Assembly (NCBI GenBank): GCA_030770535.1 | Contig: JASVEC010000013.1 | Span: 930,001-994,000 of the forward strand | Reading direction: 5' to 3' | Origin: Batkoa obscura | Taxonomy: Eukaryota | Length of the DNA stretch: 64,000 bases | Shown: in pieces, positions 36,579-50,753 of the stretch | How positions within the stretch are numbered: position 1 is the first letter of the stretch | Layout: every line of letters starts with the position of its first letter | Notes under the pieces: model-generated | What the model saw: the letters and a program-made list of their open reading frames with translations, nothing else | Told to the model about the DNA's origin: nothing | Database searches by the model: none | Made by a program: the position numbers and the translations under genes

Positions 36579-38071
36579 TTAAAGATTAGACTGTTGAGCT
36601 TGTTTCGCTTCATTAACTTTATCATGGTATAATTTAATAGCTCTTTGCCACACGGGGGAAGTATTTTTATGTTTAAGTGCTAATAAAGTAGGTAATAAAT
36701 CTTTAGAAAAAGCAATGGAAGCTTCTCTTGGTAACATAGTAGGAAGATGATCAATAGCTACTACATTAAGTGTAGGTCCATTTGAATTATTAACTTCAAT
36801 ATATGGATGATCAAATGTAGTTCCTTGATGATAAACTGGCACTGGATTATTGGGCGATGTATAATCACATGATACATCAACTAATACTTTTAAATTTCTT
36901 GATGGGTTATTAATTGTTTCTGAAGTTATAAAAGAGGGGATCTTTTTAGTGAGATAAATACAATTAACAAAAATGTCTGCTTCTAATATTTCTGAAAATG
37001 GTCCTCCTTTTTTAGTCTCTTCTAAATCCCATTTTAATAAACTTTCACTAATAATAAATTATGTTACTTAGTTATTGAAGTTATAAATTAATTTAATTTA
37101 CCTTGGAATTCCAACTGCAGTAGCAAAATCTACAGCACCTTTACCACAACGACCTAAAGCTCCCATTACCATAACTTTAGGATATTTGCCATTGTTTACT
37201 TTTACTAATAAAAATAAGAATAAAAATTAAGTTATTAATATTATTAATTGGAATTAATTTACCAGCTGAAGCTAAACGAGATTTAATAGAATTAATTAAT
37301 TCAGTTTCATTTGGATATGGTTTAATTGGAGGATATTCCCTATAATAATAATAATAATAATAATAAATATATATATATATATATTAATTTAAATAAAAAA
37401 TAAAATAATTTATAATTAAATTACCCTAAAGATTTATCAGTTTTATAACACCATAAGTCAATACCAACAGCAGAACCAGTAAAACCAGCATGATAACCAA
37501 AGGCAGCTACTCTACGTCCTAATTAAAATAAATTAAAATAAATTAAAATTTTTATTAAAAATAAAATTTACCGATATCATCAACTAAAAACTCTAAATCA
37601 AGAATAGTACCACTACCATCTGTAAATCTTTTAATTAATTGTTTCCATCCTGTTTGTTCTTTAAAACAATGAGCAAAGAAAATATGTTCATGTTTCAATG
37701 GACTATCTCCTTCTGGTAATTCTTTTAATCCAATTATAATTGTATCTAAACTAGCATCTTTTTCCCAAGTTTCGGATTCTACAATTTTACACCCTACTCT
37801 ATTTATTAAATAATATTAAATTCAATATAAAATAAAAGTATTTGAATATTAAGATTTACTTTTCATATTCTGAATCTTTAAAGAATCTTGCATTTGATTT
37901 TTCTACAGTGATATCAAAGCCTATATATCTATGTTAGTATATATATTTTATAATTAGAGTCTATCTTAATTACTTACCATTTTGTAATAACATTTTACAA
38001 GCTTCTGGAGATAAAGCAGCCCTATGTTCCATAGGTTTAACTTCATGTCTTAACCATAATTTAATACTCAT
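36579..38071 (-). CDS. LYS1: Saccharopine dehydrogenase (NAD+, L-lysine-forming), multi-exon
   Basis: MSIKLWLRHEVKPMEHRAALSP; GLKELP; FFAHCFKEQ; AAFGYHAGF; GALGRCGKGA; DVSCD; AIDHLPTMLPREAS. Confidence 0.97.
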
Positions 38072-38849
38072 TTTTTTTAAATATTATATACTTTTTTAAA
38101 ATAAAATAAAATAAAACAGAATAAAATTATTGGAATAAATAGTTAATCATCTACATTTATATACTTTTTTTTCAATATTTATTTTTCTCACCCAAGAAAA
38201 AGATGACTTTAAATAGCCAATAAAATTTATTCTATCTTCAATCAAATGATTTGGACCACGTCATTGTTATTCATTTTTAGTCATGTTATTTAAGCTATTT
38301 TTTATTTTGTAGAGGAAAATAAATTTAATAGGGATGGATAAAGTTGGATTATTAAAGTTACGGGTTTTATTAGAATAAACTTTTAAGAAGATGTTTTAAT
38401 TTTAATATCTTTGAACTTTTATTTTCTAGGTTTCATTAACTAAGTTATTGACACTTGTCACCTGTTTATTTGATTTTCAATTCCAGATAAAAAGATGACT
38501 ATTTTAAATATAAATTAATAATGAAGATTCATAAATAAAATGAATTGACGATAGTTTAAAAGGATTATTATTTATTATAGATTGATTTACAATTTCATGT
38601 TTCTCATTGTTTCTCATTGTTTTAAGTGCTAATCAAAATTTTTTAGTTTGAATTGAAACGTAATAAAGTTATGCTTCTTATATTCATATTAAAAGAACTT
38701 AATTACAAATTAAAAACAGTAAATGGCATTTAATTGTAAGTTGTTCTAGATGATATAAATTAGATTGATATTTTTAAATAAAAAAATTTAGATTATCTTT
38801 GAAATTAAGATGAAATAATTAATAATCTTGATTTAATAATTTGATATGT

Positions 38850-38948
38850 GGGGAAGTATTTTTTTGTTTAAGAATTTTACTAACAATCTTTCCACTCAAA
38901 TAGTGCTTAAAAGATAGGAAAAGTAATGAAACCAAAAAAAACATCCTC
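38850..38948 (+). mobile_element. MITE family A
   Basis: ATGT-GGGGAAGTATTTT...TGAAACC...CATCCTC-ATAT. Confidence 0.88.
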
Positions 38949-39361
38949 ATATTATCAACATCAATTTATTAAAAAGTAAAAGATTGATAGAAAGATCATT
39001 TTAATATACTCGATTAAAAGTTTAATTAAATGTTAATATCTTTATATGAGATATAATTCTAAACTATTAAATTAAAAACTAACTTGATATTAAAATTTAA
39101 TATAACAATTGAAAACTAAAAAATTGTTATTTTTAAGATTAATAATTCAACATCTTCTATTATCTATTATCTATTATCTATTATTATTAAAAATATTATT
39201 AAAACAAAATTATTATCTTATTGAAATCAAGTAATTATATTATTTTTTTACTAATTAATGAATCAAATAAAAGCTTTTTTTTTAATTGAATATTTTTGTT
39301 CACTTTTTAAGTAGTTAAACTTCTATAATAAAAATCTTGTTTTTTAAAAAATTCATTAAAT

Positions 39362-39458
39362 AAGGATGTTTTTTGGCTTCATTACTTTTTCCATTTTTTA
39401 AGCGCTATTTGAGTGGAAAGATTGTTAGTAAAATTATTAAACAAAAAAATACTTCTCC
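39362..39458 (-). mobile_element. MITE family A
   Basis: AAGGATGTTTTTTGGCTTCA...AGCGCT...ACTTCTCC-ATAT. Confidence 0.85.
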
Positions 39459-40050
39459 ATATGCTGTATTTTTCTAGTTATACCTTCCTTCTATATATTA
39501 TTTTTTTCAACTTTTTAGCTTATATTGAATAGGATTCCAATCTAAAAGTTGAACTTCATTTATATTAATTTTAATGAATTTTATTAGTTAAAACAAAATA
39601 AAACTATTCTATCATTATCTTTTTTTAAAATTAAAGTATACTTTATTGTTTTTAATTAAAGTTTGAACTAAAGAAAAGTGACAATAACTAGAAAAATAGG
39701 TTATTTTCTTTATTAAAGTTATCACTAATATCGATTTTCTACCTAGTTTTATTAATATTTTTTTACTTTATTATTTAATAAAATAAATCGATATTCACAT
39801 ATCAATCTTGATTTTCTATGTTCATTTTAAATCAAATTAATAACAATATTAGTAAATATCGAATACAATATATATAATAGTGCTTTTAATTTTAAACATT
39901 AACAAAATTGATTTTACTCAAATAGTTAAATTTGTACCAAATTAAGTAAATCATTAGTTATGACCAAAGGGAAGAAATTTTGATTGAATTTCAGTTTATA
40001 AAAACCTCGTTTAAGTTCCATTTTAACATTTTTTAATTCTATTTTCCAAA

Positions 40051-43000
40051 ATGGCATCAATAAACAAATTAATGTTAAAAGGGATTCGTTCTTTTGATCC
40101 AGATAAAGAAGCAACAATTCATTTTTATTCACCATTAACATTAATTGTAGGTCAAAATGGGGCAGGGAAAACAGTAAGTTATTTTAAATTTTAAATTTTA
40201 AATTTTATAAAGAATCAAATTAAAAGTTTAAACAATATTGTTAGACAATTATTGAAGCATTAAAATATGCGACTACAGGTGATTTACCACCGAATAGTAA
40301 ATCGGGTGCTTTTATTTATGACCCTAAAGTAAGTGAAGAATAGAATTAAAATTGGAAACTATATAACTAATTCATATTAAATAGATAGCTAAAAGAAATG
40401 AAATAACTGCTCAAGTTCGATTAGGATTTCAAAGTTTAAATGGAAAACAAATGGAATGTTTAAGGAGTATTATGTTAACTAAAAAAAGAACAACTCAAAC
40501 TCAAAAGACGCTTGAAGCTATATTATATACTTATGACAAAGAATTAGGACAGGTAAAAGTTTTATTATTGTTTATTAAATAGTTCAAGGTTGATCTATTT
40601 AATTTTATTAGCAAACTAGTATTACAGCTAGATCATCAACTTTAGATGCCGATATGCAATTGAATTTAGGTGTTTCTAAAGCTATTTTAGATAATGTCAT
40701 TTTTTGTCATCAAGAAGAATCTAATTGGTAATTATCATTACAAATATAAAATTATACTAGAAACATTAATTTGATATAATAGGCCTTTATCAGAACCTTC
40801 GGTATTAAAGAAGAAATTTGATGATATATTTTCAGCTACAAAGTAATTTGTATTTTATTTTAATTTTAATTTTAATTTTAATTTTTAGATATACTAAAGC
40901 GTTAGAAAGTTTAAAAACTAGTATTAAAGAAACTAAAGCTAAACAAAAAGAACATGATGCTGAATTAAAAGTAACTAATGATGGAAAGAGAAAATTTGAA
41001 AAAGTAAAAAATCAATAATAATAAGCAAATACCAATAAACTAACAGATATTTTAGTTACAGCATGATAGTGAAAGCAATTTAAAAGATATGGAAGATAAA
41101 AATTCTATTATTTCAGAATTAGAAATTAATTTAGCTACTATTGAAACTGAAGTGGATAATTTTCAATCAGAATTAAGAGAACGTAATAAAGCATTAGAAA
41201 GAGTTAAAGAAATTGAAAAAGAACTGATATTTCATGAAAATACTATTAAAGAATTAGATAAAAATAGGAACAAAATGGAAGGTAATCAGTTTATTGAGTG
41301 TAATAATAAGATAAGATTAATTTCTATTTAAATTTATATAGGTGATAAAGAACAACTTTTATTAATGAAACAAAAAGAACATCATGAGTTAGAAAGGGAT
41401 GAAATTGAATTGAATCAATTAAAAAATGAACAAGCTAAATTCAATGAAACAATTCAATCTACTCGAGATAAATCAAGTAGTTTAAAAAGTGAACAAGGAA
41501 AATTACAAGCTATTGTTGAGGTAATAGAATTTATATTTAAAAAGTAAACTATTTTAAATTAATAATAAACTATTTTTATTAGAATCATAACAAAATCTAT
41601 GAAGAAAAAAATTTATTACTAGAAAAAATTAAACAAAATTTTGCAAATGATGAGTTATTTGATAATAATCAAGTATTCGATGATGATGATCAATATACTA
41701 AATTTATTATTGAATGTTTAAAAAATTCATTGAGAAATACGAATGCAGAATTTAAAAGTAATAAAGTAAGTTATGAATTATTAATTAAAAAATAGATTTT
41801 TAATAATGTATATTTAAATTTATAGGAAAGTATTAGAAATAAAGAAATTGAAATTAATCAATCTTTAACCGAATTAAGTTCAAAATTAATCAAATCAAAA
41901 TCTGATATTATTAGTTTTAATGATTCTTTAGTAATGATTTTATTCCATTTTTTTATGTAATTTTTAATATTTATTGTCTTTAGAAAAAAAAAGATTTAAA
42001 AATGAGTAATTTACATAAAGAAATAACAACATTCGATAAAGAAGAAGCAGAAGTTGATATTATTAAAGAAAAGATAGAAACAAAAGTAATTTTCATATAA
42101 TTTATATAAAATTTAATAATATTAATAAAAACTTTGATATAGAAAAGGGAAATTGAGGTTATCAAAAAAGAAATTAATGAAAAAAAATATACCAATTTAA
42201 TTTCTGAAAAAAATACTAAATTAATGGAATTAGAAAAAGAATTATTTACGTTATCCAGTCAAACAGTAGCTAATAATTCAACAATGGAAATTCAAATTCA
42301 AATTCAAATATTAAAAATTCAACGATTGAATATAGAAGAACAAATTAAAATGATGTAAAAAATTTATCTTTATAGATCTAAAGAGAAGTTTATTAATTTA
42401 TTTCTTTTATTTCTTTTATATAGTATTGAAATTTATGGTCAACAATTTGAACGTGTATTAAATCATATGCCATTACCAAGAAATGCTCAAAGGCAAGTAG
42501 AATTAGCTAAAAGGTAAATAAGATTTTATTTTTATTTTTATTTTTATTTTTATTTTTATTTTTATTTTTATTTTTATTTTTATTTTTATTTTATAATATT
42601 AATAATTAATTCAATTAATTTTTATCTTTTTAGTGTTAAACAAGATGAATTAAAGGACACTAATACAAAATTAGAAAGATATCAAAAAAATCAAATTACT
42701 GCTGAAACTAAATTAACTATTTATAAAACTATTATGGAAGAAAAAAAAGTGAAGGTGAATGGTAAGGAATAAAGTTGATTATTTTAATTTAGGTTGACTA
42801 TTTTTTTATATAATAATAGAATATTCAAAACAATGTCGCATGTTATGTGATAATGCTAGTTTTCCTTTAGTATTACAAAGTGCTGAATCGGAATTAGAAG
42901 AGCTTAAAAGGTATAAATTTAAATTTAATAGGATTTATTATACTAATAATTTATATTAAGAAATGTCAATGAATTAAAAGGGGAAGACTCCGCTATTAGA

Positions 43001-45450
43001 AATTATTTCTCAGAATTTAATAATTCAGAAATATCAACCGATAATTGTCCAGCATGTCAACAAGATATTGACCCTAAAATTAAAAAGAAACTCAATCTTG
43101 AGTATCCCAATCATATACCAAAGATTCGTCAATTAGAAAAAGAAATTATGAATAAAGAATTGAAATTACGAGAATTAAGAGAATTTTATCCCAATTTTCA
43201 GTTAATGAAGAAAATTCAAAATCAAGAAATTTCAGAATTGGAAAACGAACTTGTTATTAATGAAGCTAATGGAAAACATTTTAAAAATGAATATAATAAA
43301 TTAAAAATAATTTATGAATCTCAATTGAAGGATTTGGAAATATTATTAGAGTTGTCTTTTGTTTCTAAAGAATTAGAGAAAGCAGATAAATTGAAAGATT
43401 CACTCGATATTAAATTAAGAAGGTCGAATAATAATATAGCTAATGCAAGTCCAAATTCAGCAAATGAAATTAATGAAGATTTACCAAAATTAATGTAAAT
43501 TATAATAATTATAATATGATAATTTATTTAGTTTATTTAGTAATGAATTGAGAAATGAAATTCATCAACTTAAAGAAGAATTAAAAGGAAAAGAAAAGAA
43601 GTTAATTGAATTAGAAAAAGAAATTCAAAAATTCAAAGAAAAATTATTTTATATTCATAATAAATCACAGAAAAAAGAAGAAAATCAAAAAGAAATAATT
43701 AATTTAAAAAAAGAAAAAGAGAGTTTATTGAAATTAATTAAAGTAAGTTGAAGTTAAATTAATAATAATTTTATGTTTTTAATATATATATATATTTATA
43801 TTTATATTTATGTTTAGGAATCTGAAAAAGAAAAATTGGAACTTGAACCTCAAGTAGAAGAAAAACGTAAAAATATTAATTTAATTCATCAGGAATTGGA
43901 TACTTTAGATAAGATGAATCAAAAAAAGATATTAAAATATCAACGTTATTTAAATCAATTATCACAAATACAAGTTACTCTTGATAAGTCAAATATTGTA
44001 GAAAGAACTGAAGAACAGAAATTAAATCAAAAAGAACAAGAAGAAAATAAAAGTATAATTGATAAAATACAATTAAAATTACAAAAAGTAGAAAGTGAAA
44101 TGGAAAAAATTAAGAACAAAATTAATAATACAACTTCATTTGAAAGAGATATTATGGATAATATAAACTATTTGGAATTAAATGAAAAAATAACCGAATT
44201 AAAAAAAGAATTAATAACTTATAACAATTCAGTTAATATTAATGAAATTGCTCATTTAAATCGACAATTGGATCAATTAAAAGCAGATTCGAAAAATTAT
44301 GAAAATAAAGTAAGTTATTATTTAAGATCAAAAAGTATATTTTAAAATTCAATTGATTTTTTTATTTTATAGAAAGCACGATTGGGTGGAGAAGTTAAAA
44401 TGTTAAAAACACAAAATTTAAAAATTAATGCAGAGATCCAAAGTTCATATAAAAATGCTCATAAAGAACATCAACAACAGATGGTCAAATGTTGTGTAAG
44501 TTTTTATTTCATAAATACGAATTAAACGATATAGGTTATCTAATGAAAAATATAATTGAATTTAGATTAATGAACTCACTGTTAAAGATTTAGAATTATA
44601 CTCTAAAGCTTTGGATACGTAAGTAGAATTATTGATTGAATTTAATTTTTTTTTAATATTAATATTAATATAAACATATACATATATAAATATAAATATA
44701 TATATAGAGCTATTTTGAAATTTCATTCTATTAAAATGGCGGAGATTAATCGAACAATACAAGATTTATGGACAGAAACTTATTATGGATCAGGTATCAA
44801 ATATTTTATTAACTTTTATTTAAAGCTTCAATTTATAATTATATCTTTATTGATTTTATTAGATATTGAAACGATTAAAATCAGTTCAGATACAGAAAAT
44901 GTACGTGGTGGACGATCATATAATTATCGAGTAGTAATGGTTAAAGATGGAGCTGAATTAGATATGCGAGGTCGATGTTCAGCAGGACAAAAAGTATTAA
45001 CATCTATAATTGTACGTTTAGCTTTAGCTGAAGCATTTGGTAGCAATTGTGGTATCTTAGCATTGGATGAACCCACCACCAATTTAGATAAACAAAATAT
45101 TCAATCGTTAGCGGAATCGTTGGGAAAGTAAGTATTATTTTTATTAGATAGAAGTAAACATTATAAGTTTGATTTCGATTACTAATGTTTTTATTATATA
45201 TTAGTATTATTGAAGCTCGACAAAGTCAAAAAAATTTTCAATTAGTAATTATTACTCATGATGTGGAGTTTACTTCCCATCTTTCTAAATCCAATTTTGC
45301 AGATTATTATTGGATTGTTAAAAAAGGAGAAAAGTAAGTTTTTTTATTTTTGATGTAACAAGGTTAAGGTATTGACAATGATTATTTTTAACTAGTAAAA
45401 CTTCGACCATTCAAAGGAACAATATTGAAAATTTGTATGAGGATCAATAG
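40051..45450 (+). CDS. RAD50: DNA repair protein Rad50, many short introns
   Basis: KGIRSF, Walker [21 protein letters not shown], zinc hook CPAC (about 43046), [21 protein letters not shown] and ITHD. Confidence 0.97.
42524..42593. repeat. (TTTTTA)n microsatellite in a RAD50 intron
   Basis: Tandem hexamer read directly. Confidence 0.9.
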
Positions 45451-45842
45451 ATTAGGAAGATTAATTATAAGTTCCAAAGTGAAAAAATAAAATTCTATTT
45501 TTAAGTTAAGAGAATTGCATTTGATTAGTTTATGTTTGTATATTATTTTATATTAAAATAGAATTTAAAGCTTCATATACATAAAGAATAAGATCTGCAT
45601 ATTACATTAAAATAACTTAGTTAAATAAAAATAAAAACTGATTTAATAGTAATGATATGAAAATGTCATTTTCGCTTTTTTTACTAGCTTAAAAAAGCTG
45701 AGTTTTTGCTAAAAAATATAATATATTAAACTTTATAATATCTAATAAAATAATATATATAATAATCTTATAATGATTTGTTTAAATAATTTTAGTGCTC
45801 CCACACTTTGTATAAATGCTGGTTATAATAAAAATTACATAT

Positions 45843-45937
45843 GAGGGTGTTTTTTGGCTTGACTACTTTTTATCTTTTAAGCACTATTTGAGCGGAAAAA
45901 TTGTTAGTAAAATTCTTAAACACAAAAATACATCGCC
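45843..45937 (-). mobile_element. MITE family A
   Basis: ATAT-GAGGGTGTTTT...AATACATCGCC-ATAT. Confidence 0.9.
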
Positions 45938-46587
45938 ATATAATAAAATTTTAAAAAAAGTTATTATAATAACTTTTTTTATGTTTTGTATTAAAATGCT
46001 ATATATAAGATGTATATTAGTAATTATAATCTTTTATTATAATATTAAATATAAATATATTTATATCTAATTATAAATTTATAAATTTATTAACTATTAA
46101 ATACTTTTTTAATATTATACATTTATATATATTTATTAAAAGCTTTAGTTATTAAGTAAATTTAATAAAGTAGGTTATTTAACTATTCAATAAAATTAAA
46201 TATTTTAAACACATCCATTTGTATAATATTATTAATTTTTTATATAGCATATAAGTATTAAAATTAACTAATATCTGAAAATAATTAGCTTTTTGCTTTT
46301 AATAAGCTTTATAATAATAAATAATGCCATTTATATTAATTATTTAAATTTAAATATATCAACTTATAAAAATGATATAGTTTTAATATGAAAATTTATA
46401 TTTTTAATTATTTATATTTTTAATTATTTAAAAGATTGATTTATAAATAAGATAAATAAATAAAAATTTAATAAAAAAGCTGCATTTTAATTATTTATAT
46501 TAATTTTTGATTTAATATTTATAAAACTATTTACTAGTTTATTTTTTTTAGCATTCATATACATATTATTTTTATGTTATTTAGTGT

Positions 46588-47044
46588 TGTGAAATACTGG
46601 TTTATCAGCTCTCGGATTAATTATAAGATAATAATGATTTAACTTGTTTACAAAACTAGTTGTAGTCTTGTAATCAATTTGACCATGATCCATGTGGCAT
46701 AACCAATTGAGAGTTCCTTGTTTTGATTTGCTGTGAGAATTTCTAACTTCATTGCAAAGAATACAAATGAGATTGTTCAACATGATAACTCGAGGCTTTT
46801 TAATTGAATTACTCCTTAATATCGTACCATTAATAAAGCCACTAAGTCTTTCTGACAATATCTTACGTAGATTTTACAGTAATATCTTCTATTCTATTTG
46901 TTTTACATAGTCCATAGCTTATTACGTATTATTCCTATTAATTTAAGTCTATCTTAGTTATATAAACTAAGACCGTTCGACTCAAAGCAAGTTAATCAAC
47001 CAAGGACTGCTTTTAACTCCTACTACTGAGTACTAACTTTCACA
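46588..47044 (+). repeat. Solo LTR
   Basis: TGTGAAAT...CTTTCACA flanked by GTGT/GTCT. Confidence 0.88.
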
Positions 47045-47045
47045 G

Positions 47046-47685
47046 TCTGAAATTAGTATTAATAGTTAAAATTAAAAGCAGTTTGTTTGATTAACTAGCT
47101 ATAAATTAGAAAGTTTTGGTTTATATAACTAAGGTAGACTTAAATTAATAAGAATAATACGTAATAAGCTATGAACTATATAAAACAAATAAAATAAAAG
47201 ATATTAATATAAAATTTATGTAAAATACTACCAAAAAAACTTAATAGCTTTGTTAGAAATATGATATCAGGAAATAATTTGACAAAAAAGCTTTAAGCTA
47301 TTATGTTAAAAAACTATATATATTAACTAGGTGGCTATATGGGGGTGTTTTTTTTGTTTCATCACTTTTCCGTTTTTTAAGCGCTATTTAAGTGGAAAAA
47401 CTGCTAGTAAAATTCTTAAACAAAAAATACATCCCCATATATAAAAAACATAATAAAATTATTTTTTATTATAGTTACCAAGTATGGGCATTAAAATAAA
47501 AAGATAATATTTTTTGCAATTAAATGGTAGATATTTTTGCAACAAGTCAAAATAAATTTTTTCGAATTGATTATACCACATAAATTACAATTAAATTAAT
47601 TATAAAACCATGACTAGTTTTATAAACAATTTAAATGATTATTATGTTATAATCAATTATAAAGCTAATAAAGCAATATTTTATA
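47046..47685 (-). repeat. Older, heavily mutated solo LTR containing a MITE
   Basis: Colinear with 31728-32222. Terminus ATTTCACA has decayed to ATTTTATA; outer flanks TTAG (46581-46584) and TCAG (47686-47689). Confidence 0.8.
47341..47436 (-). mobile_element. MITE family A
   Basis: ATAT-GGGGGTGTTTT...AATACATCCCC-ATAT, inside the degenerate LTR. Confidence 0.9.
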
Positions 47686-48066
47686 TCAGGTTAAAAAAAA
47701 CAAATAATTTAAGTTTTTTTTATTATATTTACCAAAAAATAAAATATCAGCTATAAAATTTAGTTTAAAAAATAAAATTATAAATAAATAAATATAATTA
47801 GCTTAAAGCATTTTAAATAACTTTTGTTTAATAATATTACAGTTCTAAGCATTTTATTTAATATAGCATTATTAATTTTAAGCATGGTATATATATTTAA
47901 ACTTAAACTTAGTATATTTTAATTATAATAAAGTTTTAATTTCTAGTTTATTAATAAATATTTTTGCATTAAATTTAATAAGATAGTAATAAATATATTT
48001 ATCAAAAAATCTCTATTAATATAAAATAAAGCTATAAAATAGAGCTTTCTAATCCATATAATATAT

Positions 48067-48161
48067 AGGGGTGTTTTTTTAGCTTTATCATTTTCATCTT
48101 TTAAGCATTATTTGAGTGAGAAAATTATCAGTAAAATTCTTAAACACAAAAATACATCCCC
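48067..48161 (-). mobile_element. MITE family A
   Basis: ATAT-AGGGGTGTTTT...AATACATCCCC-ATAT. Confidence 0.88.
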
Positions 48162-48177
48162 ATATACAGTTTTTATA

Positions 48178-48551
48178 TAGTGAATAGCAAAAAAACTGGA
48201 AAAGCTCCCAAAAAAAATTAAATTGCTTACAAAGCTTGATTTCAAGCTAGCTTAAAGTTTCATAGAAAACTGGACTACTTTCAAAAGTCCACTTTTAAAC
48301 TAAGGCTTAATTTTTATAAAAAAATTGTAAAATTTTTAATAAAGAAATCAAAAAAGTTATATTAAAGCAATTTAGTATACAAAACAAACCATACAGAAAA
48401 GTATAAAAAGGTTTACTATATACGCTTATTTTAAAACTTTAAGATTTTGGTTCCTATTATTTCTTTCTAATATTAGGTTGTATCAAAATCGAACTTTGGG
48501 ATCAGTCCGACTTTTTTTTGGAGTTTTTCCAGTTTTTTTTGCTATTCATTA
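48178..48551. mobile_element. Tc1/mariner-type MITE (family E)
   Basis: TA-TAGTGAATAGCAAAAAAACTGGAAAAGCTCC...GGAGTTTTTCCAGTTTTTTTTGCTATTCATTA-TA. Confidence 0.75.
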
Positions 48552-49094
48552 TACTGCTAAATTTATCGGCATTTTTGCTTAAGCCAATTTTCTAATTTGA
48601 ATTATGCTAATAAGTTTTTATAATATTTACTTTAAAATATAAATAAAGGAAGAAAAAAACAGAATCTTTATAAATAAAAAACATATATATATATTCTGGA
48701 TCTTTGCCATTAATTGTTGTTATGACCATAATTAAAGTTAACCAAAATAGGGGAAGAGCAGCAAGATTTTGTAATATATAAATAGTTAAAATTTGTAAGA
48801 ATTAATTTAATTATAGCATTTTTATAAATTTATTAAATAATGATATGTTATATGGATTAGAAAGCTCTATTTTATAGCTTTATTTTATATTAATAGAGAT
48901 TTTTTAATAAATATGTTTATTACTATTTTATTAAATTTAATGTAAAGATACTTTGATTTTTTTGATAATAATCTTTCAATTAAGTTTTAGATTGTTGAAA
49001 TTTAAAATCCATTTATAATGTAATTCATTTTTTTACTTTTTCAAAAAATCCAATTTTCAAAAGTCACTTTTTAAATTTAAATCAATAAAATAAA

Positions 49095-50133
49095 ATGGTA
49101 AAGTTCACATTCAATACAATTAGAACCTATATATATTAACCCAAATCTTATTATAATAGGCAAGGAATGAAGAAAAAGCCAAGTAAGTTACTATATAATA
49201 GCCACCTATTTCAATTTAATAATGTTTTACAATAGCTCCATGCTGCATCGTTTTTTAGCAGCTTCTTCAGAAAGCTTAGGTCTTTCCTCAGGTTATGGAG
49301 CAAGTCGACCCAAAATGACGACCAATTGTACCAATATTAATGAAGCAGAAAAATGGCGTGGAGAAGTTATAATGGAAATATCTCGTGGAGTCACTAAAAT
49401 CCAAGATTCTTCATTAACGGATCAGCAAGTTAGGGATTTAAATGATGAGATTAATAAACTTATTCGAGAAAAAAGAAGATGGGAAGAACAGATTAAAAAT
49501 TTGGGGGGACCAGATTATAGGGTAAGTTGAAGAGAGAGAAGGAGATTAAGGTTATTGACTAAAGGATTGAATTTTTTTAGAGAGCTGGAACAAAGATTAT
49601 TGATAATTCGGGGACGGAAATTCCAGGGAATTATGGATATAGGTAAGGATTTTTTTAATTAAGTTTTATATTGAATAGGAGTTAATATTAAATTGAATAG
49701 ATACTTTGGAAGAGCTAGAGATTTACCAGGTGTTAGAGAGTTGTTTGAACCAGAAGGTAAAATAGATATATATGGGTAGGATGGGATTATAAGATATTAA
49801 TCTTTAATTAGTTGTTGCACCAAATATTAAATCTAGATTTGAAATGTATCAGAATATTGACGCAGATTATTTTGGTTATAGAGACGAAGATGATGAAGTT
49901 TTATTAGAATATGAAAAACAAAAACAAATTGAAAGTAAGTAGTAATTTACTTGACTATAAGATTTTTTATTTAGGTATTAAATGATTTTTTTGAAATAGT
50001 GAATAACAATGGATTAACAATTTTTGATAATGAAGAAGAAATTGACAGCTTTACAGCAGCGGGTAAAAAATTAAGGTATAAAAAGAAAAATAAGAATAAG
50101 AAAACGGATTTAGATACATCAATTAAAGCTTAA
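49095..50133 (+). CDS. ISY1: Pre-mRNA splicing factor Isy1, multi-exon
   Basis: M|ARNEEKAN|SMLHRF; AEKWR; RDLNDEINKLIREK; LGGPDY; YRYFGRARDLPGVRELF; DADYFGYRDEDD. Confidence 0.96.
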
Positions 50134-50191
50134 ACAAAAAAAATATTTTTATTATTATAATAAATTGAGTTTAAACGTGTTTTGTAATCTT

Positions 50192-50753
50192 TTAAAAACT
50201 TATGTTAACTAATTCTACCTGTTAAAATTAATTGAGATTAATCGATTTGTTTTGATATATATAATATAATTACTTCAAAAATCAATTTTTCATCTTTTGG
50301 AATACCAGCAGCTGCATTTCCTTTACTACCATAGGCCCAATCTGACTCAATAGTTAATTTAGATTTTTCACCTTTAGACATAGTCAATAAAGCTTCATCC
50401 TAATTAATCACCCTCTTATTAGCCCCAATATCACAATTCAAACTCAAAAAATAATTCTTACCCAACCTTTGATAACTTTTCCTTTACCAACTTTAAAAGA
50501 TAATGGTTGGCGTTGTTTTTTCTTTCCACCTTCACCGCAATTACTATCGAAGATAGTAACACCATCGGATAAGTAACCTGTATACCAACAGTGAACGGTG
50601 TCGCCGACATGAGGGTAATTCACTTTATCCCCCTTTTTTAATTGTTGTTTGACATAGCCCGGTTTGGGCTAATGAATGATATAGTTAATTTATGGCCTAC
50701 TATTACTTCTTATTGTGTTTTACTTTTGCAACAGGTTTAGCTTGATCTGCCAT
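50192..50753 (-). CDS. FKBP-type PPIase resembling the FKBP25/FKBP3 C-terminal domain (4 exons)
   Basis: LKKGDKVNYP..GDTVHCWYTG..FDSN..KKKQRQPLSFKVGKGKVIKGWDEALLTMSKGEK..WAYG..LIFEVELV. Confidence 0.92.

Larger units (their letters stand above)
47959..48950. repeat. Inverted repeat pair of about 105 bp (47959-48066 / 48843-48950)
   Basis: AATCTCTATTAATATAAAATAAAGCTATAAAATAGAGCTTTCTAATCCATATAA and its reverse complement. Confidence 0.85.

Noticed and set aside
24878..46858. Similar small ORFs at 24878, 30051 and 45816 (FKRYLSGKIVSK) and the ORF at 46577
   Set aside because: Chance translations of MITE A and of a solo LTR.
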